Shown here one piece after another: positions 28,391 to 38,294 of a DNA stretch of 46,247 bases (the stretch's first letter is position 1; the number at the start of each line of letters is the position of its first letter). The notes beneath the pieces are model-generated. The model was not told the origin of the DNA, made no database searches, and saw only the letters and a program-made list of their open reading frames with translations. The stretch is from NCBI GenBank assembly GCA_964388035.1, contig CAYLZE010000032.1:1-46247 (forward strand). Direction: 5' to 3'. The DNA comes from an uncultured archaeon (GTDB lineage: Archaea > Asgardarchaeota > Lokiarchaeia > Sigyniarchaeales > SOKP01). The position numbers and the translations under genes are program-made.

Positions 28391-31300
28391 TGGTTGGTCT
28401 CGTGAGCACGTCAATTCCGATGGATATGGCCTTTTCAGAACAATTTTCATATTGCCCTGTCACGGAAAGTAAATAGCTACCCGTATTTCCCACGAGGGAG
28501 GTATCTAATTCATAAATGAAATAGTCCGCATGCAAGGGATCGGCTACCATTTGTCCGGAACCGAATTGCCAATCATACGTTAACTCAGCACTGGTAAGCC
28601 CTGTAGATTGCCCGACTTCTTGGTATTTTACCGTAATGTTTACTAATTCGTCGTAATATTGAGATACGTTATTAGAAGATTTCACTGCTAAGCTTGGATA
28701 ATCGTAAACGCTAATACTGGTTGGTTTAGCATTAACTGTAAGAGAAAATGATAACGAATCGGGAGGCGAATAAAGCCCTTGAGTTGCTGTTATTAAAGCT
28801 AAATAACTCTTACTGTTAAATCCCGCTGATAGTCTATTGGAGTTTATAGATATTGTATAATTTCCTTCTCCTTGATGTAATAAAGTTTCTTGAATTAATC
28901 GTTCACCTTGAAATCCCGAAGAATAAATGGAACATTTTACATCCGTGGAATCCAGAATAGGTCTCCACGAAATACCACCATTCGTAGTAGCGGAAAAATT
29001 CACTTCAAAATATATTTCCTCCCCCCATGTACAATCTGTATTTCTCTCTTTATTTTCAGTGAAATTCGTGTAATAATTTTCTAATGTCTCATGGAAGTAA
29101 AATATGAGTGTCGACTCTTGTGTTAGCGTGTAATTATATATCTGTGTAAGTTCAGGTTCCCAACTTGAAGTAGGATTAGTATATACTACATCAAATGCTC
29201 TGTTATTTTGTCCTAAATATTGCAAAGTAAAATTATAATTATATCCAATTCTATACCAGAATTCAACAAGCTTATTCTTTTTTCCATAAGCATATCCTGC
29301 ATCACGACCAAGACTATCTTCTGAATATACAGTGGTTAAATTTACTAAAGCGGATGGAAAAGCATAATTATTTCCACGGGAGTCGGTTTGATTGATATGA
29401 ATTACAACTCCTCCTAAAGGTAAATGTTCTGTATTATCTAAGATCTGAATTCTCATCTTTGAAACTGCTGATATATTATACAAGTTCCAAGTTTCCGTAA
29501 GATTTACTTCAATTATACCCTTAGCAGTAGTATCATTTTCGCCAAAGACCCAAATGAAAAGACCATGAACATCAAATGCATCATTTATGAGGTTTTGGTT
29601 TTCAAGAGTACACATATCAAAGTTAAGAGTTAAATCTGTGATTTCTTCTGTGTAGCTCTGATCAAAAATTTTATTACTCGATCCGGAAATATTCGATGCA
29701 TCAATATATTGAATAATTACTCTAGTGATATTATCGTTCATATTTTTCAAGGATATTGTTGCATTTATAACCTTCTTATTGCTAAACTTCACCAGAGTGC
29801 CATTCGTGTATATTCGTTGTTGAATCTGATATTGATCTTGATCGGGTTCATTAATATTAGTATTATTGACCCATATTGTCTGCGACTGCTCTTTCACATT
29901 TAAATAATCGGCTCTATTTAATGGACCTTCATTTAAAAGAAATTCATTATCAGTATAATCTGAATTATTAAAATAAATTTTATAGTAGAATCCATCAGAC
30001 CTATTTAGCCACCTGAAGGTTCCTTTACCTCCGTTCCCAAGGCTTATGGTCTTTATTACGGGTCCATCGGGATCTTCTCCTTTAGTAATATTGGCATAAG
30101 CAAAATATAATGGATTTTCTTCATTATCCACAATTTCAAAGTCTATAGTGGTTAAATTAACAGTTATTTCCACAGTATAGGATAAACCTTCAAAAGTATA
30201 TATCTCATCTTGTGGAGTTCCGTAATTTTGTTTAGTGGAGTTATATACTGTCACAACATAACCAGGATTGAGTTCATATTCTGCGGTTATATTATAAACA
30301 GAGTTATATTCAATCCCTCCAAAAGTAACAAATCCTGCATCAGATGTTATATCGATTTTATTAATTTCTGTTATACCTGTGGTAAAATTATGTTTGACCA
30401 ATGAAATAATTGCTCCTGGTACCTGCCTTCCATCGACATCTCGAGCAATAATTTTAAGATTTGCTGTTCTTTCTCGTTCGAAGATTAATTCTGTTTGCAG
30501 TTCATAGTTATTATATAACCAATTTAATTCTTGGGAAGAAAGACCATGATTAAACACTCTTACATCATCCAACATGCCCGAAAATGCTTGACTTGCTACA
30601 AAATTATCTCCGACACTATCTTGCTCTTGAGCTATGATTAATCCTCCGGTTGGCAGAGATATGGGACTACCAGGATTTGTATGTATGTAACCATTATTAA
30701 CCGTCAAATCAACATATGCACGAGTAGTTCCATTGCTATACCTTTGCCAAACATAAAAGTGCCAACCAGAAATCTGTGGTGCATGAAATATCATGTAATT
30801 ATCAGTACTTGTTGTCGCTCCTGATATAATATATTCATCATTAGGAGTGGGACCTGCAGTTCCCCAGAAACAAATAGCAAATGCTCTTAAACCATTTAAA
30901 ACTGCAACGGGTACATCAATATAAGCTGTTGTTTGTGAATCATCAAAATCTAAACCTTGATCATACTTACTTGAAACATAATTAACTGTGGTGCCCAACC
31001 CATTAAGTGTAGCATTATGTTTTCCCATTGAATCTTTAATTTTACCTGCAATAGTATCTTCATCAAAAGAATACCATGCGATCCCAAATTTATCTTCCTT
31101 AAAATGATTTGGTTCCTTTGAGACAGAATCATTTCCATAATAAAGATAAGTGTCATATTCTGAATTGTGAGCAGAAATGTTAGTTTCAAACCATATTGTT
31201 GTCATATTTTCATAATAATCCTTCGTGCAATAGTAATCTCTTAGAATATTATTCTCTACAACCCTTATATCATCTAAATCGTTCTGTATTTTCCCAGCAT

Positions 31301-31634
31301 ACTCAGTAAGATTCAATTTAATAGACGCTGTTGCATTAATAAGGTCATTACTGAAAGGATTAGTTACATTAATTACTTGTCTCCATCTGAAGCTAGAATT
31401 CCACCAGAAATCTTCTCCAATTGCGCTACTTTGTAATTGATTCACAATTGTTGGCTCGTTTTTTCCAACATTCTGTAATGTATCCTCTGTTATATTATCC
31501 TCATTACTTTCAACGTTTATAGGACTATTAGCAAAATTTCCAATATTCGAAGAGAATATTAGGAAGACCATAGATAATATCGCTAGTAATCCTATTATAC
31601 GATTTTTATGCGTTTTTTTAATTCTTAAATTCAT
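27357..31634 (-). CDS. Large single-pass surface glycoprotein: signal, DUF2341, pentraxin/LamG, Ig-like stalk, TM, cytoplasmic tail
   Basis: Hydrophobic N-terminus; DUF2341-like WWNSSFRWRQVINV...DDIRVV...YLYYGN; pentraxin-like IIAQEQDSVGDNFVASQAFSGMLDDVRVFN; many NxS/T sequons; TM FYFILLVVGIGAVVGSLATY. ATG 31634 is preferred over TTG 31673. Confidence 0.85.
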   Translation of the reverse strand: MNLRIKKTHKNRIIGLLAILSMVFLIFSSNIGNFANSPINVESNEDNITEDTLQNVGKNEPTIVNQLQSSAIGEDFWWNSSFRWRQVINVTNPFSNDLINATASIKLNLTEYAGKIQNDLDDIRVVENNILRDYYCTKDYYENMTTIWFETNISAHNSEYDTYLYYGNDSVSKEPNHFKEDKFGIAWYSFDEDTIAGKIKDSMGKHNATLNGLGTTVNYVSSKYDQGLDFDDSQTTAYIDVPVAVLNGLRAFAICFWGTAGPTPNDEYIISGATTSTDNYMIFHAPQISGWHFYVWQRYSNGTTRAYVDLTVNNGYIHTNPGSPISLPTGGLIIAQEQDSVGDNFVASQAFSGMLDDVRVFNHGLSSQELNWLYNNYELQTELIFERERTANLKIIARDVDGRQVPGAIISLVKHNFTTGITEINKIDITSDAGFVTFGGIEYNSVYNITAEYELNPGYVVTVYNSTKQNYGTPQDEIYTFEGLSYTVEITVNLTTIDFEIVDNEENPLYFAYANITKGEDPDGPVIKTISLGNGGKGTFRWLNRSDGFYYKIYFNNSDYTDNEFLLNEGPLNRADYLNVKEQSQTIWVNNTNINEPDQDQYQIQQRIYTNGTLVKFSNKKVINATISLKNMNDNITRVIIQYIDASNISGSSNKIFDQSYTEEITDLTLNFDMCTLENQNLINDAFDVHGLFIWVFGENDTTAKGIIEVNLTETWNLYNISAVSKMRIQILDNTEHLPLGGVVIHINQTDSRGNNYAFPSALVNLTTVYSEDSLGRDAGYAYGKKNKLVEFWYRIGYNYNFTLQYLGQNNRAFDVVYTNPTSSWEPELTQIYNYTLTQESTLIFYFHETLENYYTNFTENKERNTDCTWGEEIYFEVNFSATTNGGISWRPILDSTDVKCSIYSSGFQGERLIQETLLHQGEGNYTISINSNRLSAGFNSKSYLALITATQGLYSPPDSLSFSLTVNAKPTSISVYDYPSLAVKSSNNVSQYYDELVNITVKYQEVGQSTGLTSAELTYDWQFGSGQMVADPLHADYFIYELDTSLVGNTGSYLLSVTGQYENCSEKAISIGIDVLTRPTKINGTTRSLHNSTSIWVGNDFIFYYAFKDSLSGARITNADEAYYYWSELDAKGVPIELSKNINLKLYKNVYKLDFNASGKEVGEYSIYLVFEKNNYEARAAIINFEIKKRVFSTSLSLNNGTGTTVSVVKGQPVVISLTLTDLTRGGASSSSLGTQATVPLSGATVTLYITELAMSFTLTEKEKTGVYTLTIDTSDPIYQAFFTPQTLTGNFTVEKHNYETQTIPFTLVVGMTEILPGFPTFYFILLVVGIGAVVGSLATYRYIQVAKIPKFVKDVRKMKKNIKAEENIPEALAYPSKKEMMAELMGDKWKAIGLSLEQILGIESKKGKTLPDLKEDKLEGGAI

Positions 31635-32025
31635 TAGTATTAACCATTTTCGAAATGATTTTTTTTTGTACAAATAAAGTTATATCTTTCATAAAACTCA
31701 TGGAATTTAATATTTTGGTATTCTATAAATGGTAAAGAAAACAATAAGAGATCTTTTTTTGCATAAAAAATTGATTTTTTGTACATTTTCATGTAGAAAT
31801 ATAATTTCCCTTCATTTGAGACAATTTCAAAAGCGAAAATTTTTGATTAATTCAACTGATTTAATTGATCTCTAGCTGGTATTGATTTATTTCAATCCGT
31901 TAAAAATAACATCAAAAAGTCTCTATTAAGCAAATTATTTCTATTCAAAAATCTTTTTATAGGAAGGATAAGTCAAAATATTATTAAAAAAAAGAGTATA
32001 AATATAAAAATTAAAAAATTAAATA

Positions 32026-33162
32026 TTAAGCTTCTGCTTCAAGTTTTTCCGATTCTTCTTGCTCTTCGGGCTTTTCTTCTTCTTTAGTCGCATAATAAGC
32101 ATCTTCCAGCACCGTGAGATACTCGGCCAGCACTTCTCCGGCTTTTGACTTGTTCACATATTGCTCCCGGATCACGTTGAGCACGTAGCTGGGAAAGATC
32201 AGATCGATGTAAAAATCGCTAATAAGGGCATAATACTCGTTATTCCGCTCATCTTGGAACACTTGGATCATCTTGTTGTCCCATAAAGCCTTGAGCACGG
32301 CATCCACGTCTTCCACGCCCTTCTTCTTGAGTTTTTCCAGATCGTTGCGGGTCACGATTGCCGTGCGCAACAAGCGCAAGGTCTCGTATACCTGGGGATC
32401 GATGAACACGTCCACCACCCGCAGGTTATCCTCCTCGGAAGGCAAGTATCCCTGAAAAAACGTGCGGATTTCAGTCTTGTAGTCCTCCGATAATTGAGAA
32501 GGCAAGCCCCGATCTGCTGGATTCTTGGAGAGAGTTACTGGCGGTACCCGCATCATCAGCAAGTCGTTGGTGAGAAAGATGAGTTCCGAAGGCATGCCTT
32601 TTACCGATGTTTCCTTGATCAGCTCCCGCTTGATCAACTCGATCAGCACTCCCTCTAAATCCACGAAACCCTGCTTGTAGCGATCTTTCAGCCAAACCAT
32701 CAACTCGGACTTGGAAACCACGCCCTCATCCCGCAAGCGGTTGAGGATCATGCGCTTGATCTCATCCTGATAGGTCATGGCGAGTCGTTGCTCGGTACTC
32801 AAGGTGGGATACACCGACAAGCGCCGGAACAGGGAGGGAATCATTGTCACGTAGGCATCATCCTCCAGGTTCTGCAGGATGGTGCGCGCCACGTCGGTCA
32901 ATCCGCCCTCATACGCATCCGGGTCATCATCCAAGTTCAAGAGTAATAGAATGTAATAGCCCTTTTCCGGTCCCGTGTAATACGACGCGATGTTAAGGGC
33001 TCCTACCATCAAGCTGATCATGCCCGATTCCCCGCTGTACTCGTGCGTGCTATAGACCTGCATGAGCGTCTTATCCGTGACATTGATCTCCTCGGGGTAT
33101 TTCGCCAAGATTTCGGTGCCTACCCGCTCATCCCATCGCATTACAACTAATCCCACGGGCAT
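32026..33162 (-). CDS. Cytoplasmic longin/uDENN-like + tandem winged-helix protein, copy 2
   Basis: 378 aa; differs from copy 1 at only 5 residues, all in the last ~60 aa. Confidence 0.65.
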   Translation of the reverse strand: MPVGLVVMRWDERVGTEILAKYPEEINVTDKTLMQVYSTHEYSGESGMISLMVGALNIASYYTGPEKGYYILLLLNLDDDPDAYEGGLTDVARTILQNLEDDAYVTMIPSLFRRLSVYPTLSTEQRLAMTYQDEIKRMILNRLRDEGVVSKSELMVWLKDRYKQGFVDLEGVLIELIKRELIKETSVKGMPSELIFLTNDLLMMRVPPVTLSKNPADRGLPSQLSEDYKTEIRTFFQGYLPSEEDNLRVVDVFIDPQVYETLRLLRTAIVTRNDLEKLKKKGVEDVDAVLKALWDNKMIQVFQDERNNEYYALISDFYIDLIFPSYVLNVIREQYVNKSKAGEVLAEYLTVLEDAYYATKEEEKPEEQEESEKLEAEA

Positions 33163-34200
33163 TAGATTGCACCTCCCTCCAATTTATCTTCCTTGAGATC
33201 GGGCAGGGTTTTTCCCTTCTTGGATTCTATGCCCAGAATCTGCTCCAAGGAAAGGCCAATGGCTTTCCACTTGTCTCCCATCAATTCCGCCATCATTTCT
33301 TTCTTGGAAGGATAGGCCAGTGCTTCGGGAATGTTCTCTTCGGCTTTAATGTTCTTTTTCATCTTCCGCACGTCTTTCACGAACTTGGGTATTTTTGCCA
33401 CTTGAATGTAGCGATAAGTCGCTAAACTGCCCACCACTGCCCCAATGCCCACCACCAAGAGAATGAAGTAAAAGGTGGGGAATCCCGGAAGGATCTCTGT
33501 CATGCCCACCACGAGGGTAAAGGGAATGGTTTGTGTCTCGTAATTATGCTTCTCCACGGTGAAATTACCGGTCAAGGTCTGCGGGGTGAAAAATGCCTGG
33601 TAAATTGGGTCGGACGTGTCAATGGTCAGGGTATAAACTCCTGTCTTTTCCTTCTCGGTTAACGTGAAGGACATTGCTAATTCCGTGATATAGAGCGTGA
33701 CCGTGGCCCCCGATAGAGGTACCTTAGCTTGCGTGCCGAGTGAACTGCTGGACGTTCCACCCCGAGTCAAATCAGTTAGTGTAAGGGTGATTATCACCGG
33801 TTGCCCCTTCACCACGCTCACCGTCGTTCCCGTGCCATTATTGAGGCTTAGGGAAGTGGAAAAGATGCGCCTTTTGATTTCGAGATTAATGGTGGCACTC
33901 CTTCCATCGTGGTTACTCTTCTCAAATATCACGTAAATGGAATATTGTCCTATATCTTTTCCAGAGGCATCGAAATCAAGTTCATACCAGTTATGCGATG
34001 CTTTTTCCAGTTTGATGTTATTGCTAAAATTGATTGGTTGACCAGATGCATCCAATTCCGACCAATAATAATAAGCATTATCCGCATTTCCGATTATATC
34101 TCCTGAGAGAGTATCTTTATAGGCATAATAAACTATAAAATCATTTCCTACCCAAATGCTGGTGGAATTATGAAGTGCTTTCGTGGTACCATTTATTTTA
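32033..34200. repeat. Direct repeat copy 2; perfect core 32200-33533
   Basis: Matches 26228-28390 at an offset of 5805. Confidence 0.95.
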
Positions 34201-37200
34201 GTGGGTCTAGAATTAACAACCAAAACAAAGCTTTCACTTATGGCAGAATAATTCGTCTTGGAAGCAGAAACTGTAAAAGTATATTCACCGATATTAGTCA
34301 CTTGTGAAGTATTAATTTCAAAGGTGTAATATCCCAAATGTAGAGGATCTGGATTGATAATCACGGGAGATGTTGCATATTGCCATTTATATTTTAAACT
34401 TGCTCCTTGTAAACCATAGAGACTACTTTGTGGCTGGTATTTTACCGACACGTTGACCATTTCATTATAATACTGATCAATTTCATCTTGTCCATTACCG
34501 GTTAATGAGGGATATTTATAGAATTTTAAATCTGTGGGTAGAGCATTAATAGTGACAAAAAAATATACGGGAAGAGGATCACTAAAACCCTTATATTCTC
34601 CTGTGATTTGAACCACGTACGATTTACTTGAAGTCCCTGCTGAAAAACGGCTGGAGTTAAATTCTGAAGTATAAAAACCATTCCCAAGATTTGACATTTC
34701 TTCTTGATATAAAAGTGTAGGCATACTTCCCCAGAGATACACTGAACAATATACATGGCTTGACGCTATTATCGTATGCCATGGACCAGCTTCACCATGT
34801 TCAGTATAGGTAAAGTTAACTGTATACGACATGTTATTTCTCCATAATATATTGTCGTCCCCAATGTAATAACTAAAATTGGTCATAAAGTCTGCCGTAT
34901 TCGCTAAATTTAATATTATCGTAGAATTTTGCTCCAAAGTGTAATTATAAATATTAACCGGTATCGTTGGCTTCCACTGCTCTGGTGTTGTTTTATTTAC
35001 TTTAAATAAATAATTTGGTTGTGTACCAATATCTACGGTGATATTATACGCCCCTCTTAAATACCAGAATGCGATTTTATTAATATCTCCATATGCATAC
35101 CCTTTCTTCCCGTAAACTTCTCCACTGGAGGTAGTTAGATTTATGACTGATTGGCCCGTTGATTGAGTTCCGTTCCAAATTCTCACAATCGCACCAACTA
35201 CGCCCACTCCTCCGTCTTCGATTTTAATTTGCATTTTAGACATGTTCGCTCGCAAGAGCATGCTTGTAGTTTCCATCCACGAAATATTTATTACTCCATC
35301 ACACCTTGAAGAATTGGTACCTTCTACGACAACCCTGAGTCCGTAAGCGTTATATTTTTCAATGTCATCTAATTGAATTGTATCTTCTGTTACTGTTCCA
35401 GAATAAGTCTTACTCGCGTCATATAGTTTTTGATCGACACCATTGGCATCAACATAATATATATTGATTGATGTCAACTTGGTTGTCATTTTCTTCATAT
35501 CAATGGTCGCATTGATTAATTGGACATGACCTATCTTACTTTTACCGCCTGCGCTTGAACCCTCCGCATATACTGTCTCATCTACATAATAATGACCGGG
35601 AAGAGTAATTGTGCTTGTTTCATTTACATTGAATGGTTGATTTCTACTCTTATCAGTTCGATATATGGTACTTGTATTGAGTAATGTATCTGTTTTGAAA
35701 AAATCTTGATTATGATAATATATTCTATAGGTATAATCCGTTTTATTAATCCATCTAAATGTTGCTAATCCTGTACCCGAAGCTAAAGTAATATTATCGA
35801 TTAGATTGGATGAATCAAATGGACTGGTGTTATTATATACTAATACATATCCGTAATCCATTGTCTGATTGTCCCAATCGGTGACTTTGAAGTTAATCGT
35901 CCATAAATTAACAGGAATCAATAATTCAGTAGAAGTTAGGTGAAATTCCTCAGTATGGAAAATTGTTTTAGTAAAGAGTTTATTAGTAGTAGTATAGTTT
36001 ACTACAATATCATAAGTGGCGGAGCCTGTAATATTTACTAAAGTGAGCTCTCCATTTTCATCCGTAGTTCCGGATCTATCAAGATAGGGACGAGTTGCAT
36101 TCGAAACGAATACCTGTGCATCTGGTACTCTTGAACCATCCGTGTCCACGCAGGTAACTTTTACTAAATTTATAAGGTTACCAATAGTTACTGTGGGTTC
36201 AGTCGAGGTATATTTTCTATTCCAAAGATGATTCCCTGGAATGGGGTACACTGTTGGACCACCAGATGCTGGTATCCATCCGAGACGCGAAGTTGCACCA
36301 CCCGTGTGTTCATACCATTCATAAGTGATATTTACAGGAGATGCAAAATTGTACGTATTATGATATGTAGTGTCGCCTTGTTGTTTCCATCCACTAATTA
36401 CAAGACTATTATTAACATATAACAAGCTCCCATCATCGGTTATTACATAGAAAGTAGTAACTCCTGAGCCCTGAGGCGAAACCCATCCTTCCCATCTTAT
36501 TGCAACATCATCAGATAAACTTTCCAAGGAATTACTTGTATTTACAGCCACCCTACCATCCCCCCACATAAAATTGGGAGAGGTGGCATACACACCTGTA
36601 CAGATAAATGTCGTGAAGTGTCCCACATTATCAGAAAATGTACTTGCATAATAAAAGTACCTCAATCCTGAATCCAAAGTGCTGTTTATACTACTTTTTG
36701 CAGCCGCGTTAGGGTTTCCAAAATACATGTAAATTTGGGTTATTTGATCATGTATTAACGTGGGTACTCTTACCCAAATCGTGCTATTTCCCCCCGACAC
36801 ATCCATTTCTTCGATCCAATAATTAAGTTCATCATTAGATGTGTTTGTAAAGCGAATATCGTTCCCATTTTCATTGATGTATCCTAAATCATAAAAATTC
36901 GTGAGATTTATGTTAATACCCACTTGATAATTACTCAAATCTTGAGTAGTTGACAAAATATCTATAGGCACTCGATAAAGCCAACTAATATTCCACCAAT
37001 CACTTGAAGAAGAAGACTTTGGAATCGTGCCAAGATCAGTAGTGGTTGTTTTATCCATTGTTGTTGTTGTATCTTCATTATTGTTGGTAGTAGTATCTTG
37101 ATTGTCATTAATAGCCGGTGAGTTCGCGGCAGGTAGAATAAGAAAGACGCTCGCCGCAATCATTGATATCATCAGAATAAAAACAAAAAAGCTAGTTTTA

Positions 37201-37232
37201 TGCGTTTTAATCGTTCTTATATAATTCTTCAT
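33162..37232 (-). CDS. Large single-pass surface glycoprotein: signal, Thr-rich linker, DUF2341, PA14, Ig-like stalk, TM, cytoplasmic tail
   Basis: DUF2341-like WWNISWLYRVPI...NDIRFT...YWIE...IWVRVP...YMYFGNP; PA14-like DDVAIRWEGWV...TDDGSLLYVN...YEWYEHTGGATSRLGW; C-terminal region nearly identical to the paralogue. Confidence 0.85.
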   Translation of the reverse strand: MKNYIRTIKTHKTSFFVFILMISMIAASVFLILPAANSPAINDNQDTTTNNNEDTTTTMDKTTTTDLGTIPKSSSSSDWWNISWLYRVPIDILSTTQDLSNYQVGININLTNFYDLGYINENGNDIRFTNTSNDELNYWIEEMDVSGGNSTIWVRVPTLIHDQITQIYMYFGNPNAAAKSSINSTLDSGLRYFYYASTFSDNVGHFTTFICTGVYATSPNFMWGDGRVAVNTSNSLESLSDDVAIRWEGWVSPQGSGVTTFYVITDDGSLLYVNNSLVISGWKQQGDTTYHNTYNFASPVNITYEWYEHTGGATSRLGWIPASGGPTVYPIPGNHLWNRKYTSTEPTVTIGNLINLVKVTCVDTDGSRVPDAQVFVSNATRPYLDRSGTTDENGELTLVNITGSATYDIVVNYTTTNKLFTKTIFHTEEFHLTSTELLIPVNLWTINFKVTDWDNQTMDYGYVLVYNNTSPFDSSNLIDNITLASGTGLATFRWINKTDYTYRIYYHNQDFFKTDTLLNTSTIYRTDKSRNQPFNVNETSTITLPGHYYVDETVYAEGSSAGGKSKIGHVQLINATIDMKKMTTKLTSINIYYVDANGVDQKLYDASKTYSGTVTEDTIQLDDIEKYNAYGLRVVVEGTNSSRCDGVINISWMETTSMLLRANMSKMQIKIEDGGVGVVGAIVRIWNGTQSTGQSVINLTTSSGEVYGKKGYAYGDINKIAFWYLRGAYNITVDIGTQPNYLFKVNKTTPEQWKPTIPVNIYNYTLEQNSTIILNLANTADFMTNFSYYIGDDNILWRNNMSYTVNFTYTEHGEAGPWHTIIASSHVYCSVYLWGSMPTLLYQEEMSNLGNGFYTSEFNSSRFSAGTSSKSYVVQITGEYKGFSDPLPVYFFVTINALPTDLKFYKYPSLTGNGQDEIDQYYNEMVNVSVKYQPQSSLYGLQGASLKYKWQYATSPVIINPDPLHLGYYTFEINTSQVTNIGEYTFTVSASKTNYSAISESFVLVVNSRPTKINGTTKALHNSTSIWVGNDFIVYYAYKDTLSGDIIGNADNAYYYWSELDASGQPINFSNNIKLEKASHNWYELDFDASGKDIGQYSIYVIFEKSNHDGRSATINLEIKRRIFSTSLSLNNGTGTTVSVVKGQPVIITLTLTDLTRGGTSSSSLGTQAKVPLSGATVTLYITELAMSFTLTEKEKTGVYTLTIDTSDPIYQAFFTPQTLTGNFTVEKHNYETQTIPFTLVVGMTEILPGFPTFYFILLVVGIGAVVGSLATYRYIQVAKIPKFVKDVRKMKKNIKAEENIPEALAYPSKKEMMAELMGDKWKAIGLSLEQILGIESKKGKTLPDLKEDKLEGGAI

Positions 37233-37517
37233 TTTGTTCTATTACCTGTTTATAAGAATATTTTTTTGTTTTAAGATTGATATTATATTTTGTATAAAAA
37301 TACTCGAATATAATATTTTGCTAAAAAATGTATGTTAAGTATCTTTAGTAGTAATATATTCTGGACAAATAATTAATCATGATTCTTGTTCTAATTTTGC
37401 AAGAAAAGGAGAAATTTAACAATTATTCTTAATCTACTTTAAAAGGCCCATAACCATGCTTTTTTCACACGCAATTATTAAACTCGTCATGGATAATTAT
37501 CAGATAAGATATATAAG

Positions 37518-38147
37518 TTACTTTTCTAAGAATAAGAAGACTCTTCTTTTTTTCGGATTACGTGGATTATCGATAACAAAATGACCATTGAATTTCGTAT
37601 TATCAATAATTAACTTTCCCATTTCTCTAATAGATTTCTCAGCTTTTGGATAAAACTGAAATATGGCTCTTGATCTTGGCTTTAGAATGGTATAAAAATT
37701 TTTTATCATGGTAATGAATAAAACTTTCGAATTCGGCTCCAAATTATCCTTATAAACCCATTGGAGGGCGGAAATAGAAAGAATCGCGTCAAAAGTCTCT
37801 AACTTAAAAGGAGTTGAACGCATATCGGCAATAATCGGACTTAATTCTCTTATTTTGTAAAATTTAATTAGATTTTCATTAATATCCAAAGATACAACAG
37901 AAAATCCTATTTCTTTTAGCAAAGCTGAAGAAAAACCTGACCCGCTCCCTACATCTAAAATTAATGGATTTTTTGTTTTCAAATCTAATAATTCTATGGC
38001 TCTTAAAGTAATTTTCTGTTGAATTCTCATCAAGCTCTTAGATGATGCATATCGTAATGCATTTTCTTCTTTAAAATACTCTAATGCATCTTTATATCTT
38101 TCCTCTGGTCTTACTTTTTTAATATCAAAAGGATCCTTGTTATCCAT
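37518..38147 (-). CDS. Class I SAM-dependent methyltransferase, Bud23/WBSCR22-like
   Basis: RPEE, IQQKITLRAIELL, LDVGSGSG, FDAILSISALQW, QFYPK and VIDNPRNPKKRRVFLFL occur in the same order as in eukaryotic Bud23. Confidence 0.8.
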   Translation of the reverse strand: MDNKDPFDIKKVRPEERYKDALEYFKEENALRYASSKSLMRIQQKITLRAIELLDLKTKNPLILDVGSGSGFSSALLKEIGFSVVSLDINENLIKFYKIRELSPIIADMRSTPFKLETFDAILSISALQWVYKDNLEPNSKVLFITMIKNFYTILKPRSRAIFQFYPKAEKSIREMGKLIIDNTKFNGHFVIDNPRNPKKRRVFLFLEK

Positions 38148-38294
38148 GATTCTTTCTGTTTTACGTATTTTATAAAATGTGTTCTTAAAAATTAAGTCTG
38201 CTCACTTTAGAATAAAAAATTTTATTAAATTTTAATCCTTTTCTTCATTTAATTATTGTTTTTTTGAGAAAAAAAGAATTATCGTGTTGTTATA

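Noticed and set aside
26221-34200. Repeats as IS elements, prophage ends, CRISPR or a DGR template/variable pair
   Set aside because: No transposase, integrase, reverse transcriptase, terminal inverted repeats or spacer array. Mismatches are mostly synonymous and not adenine-specific.
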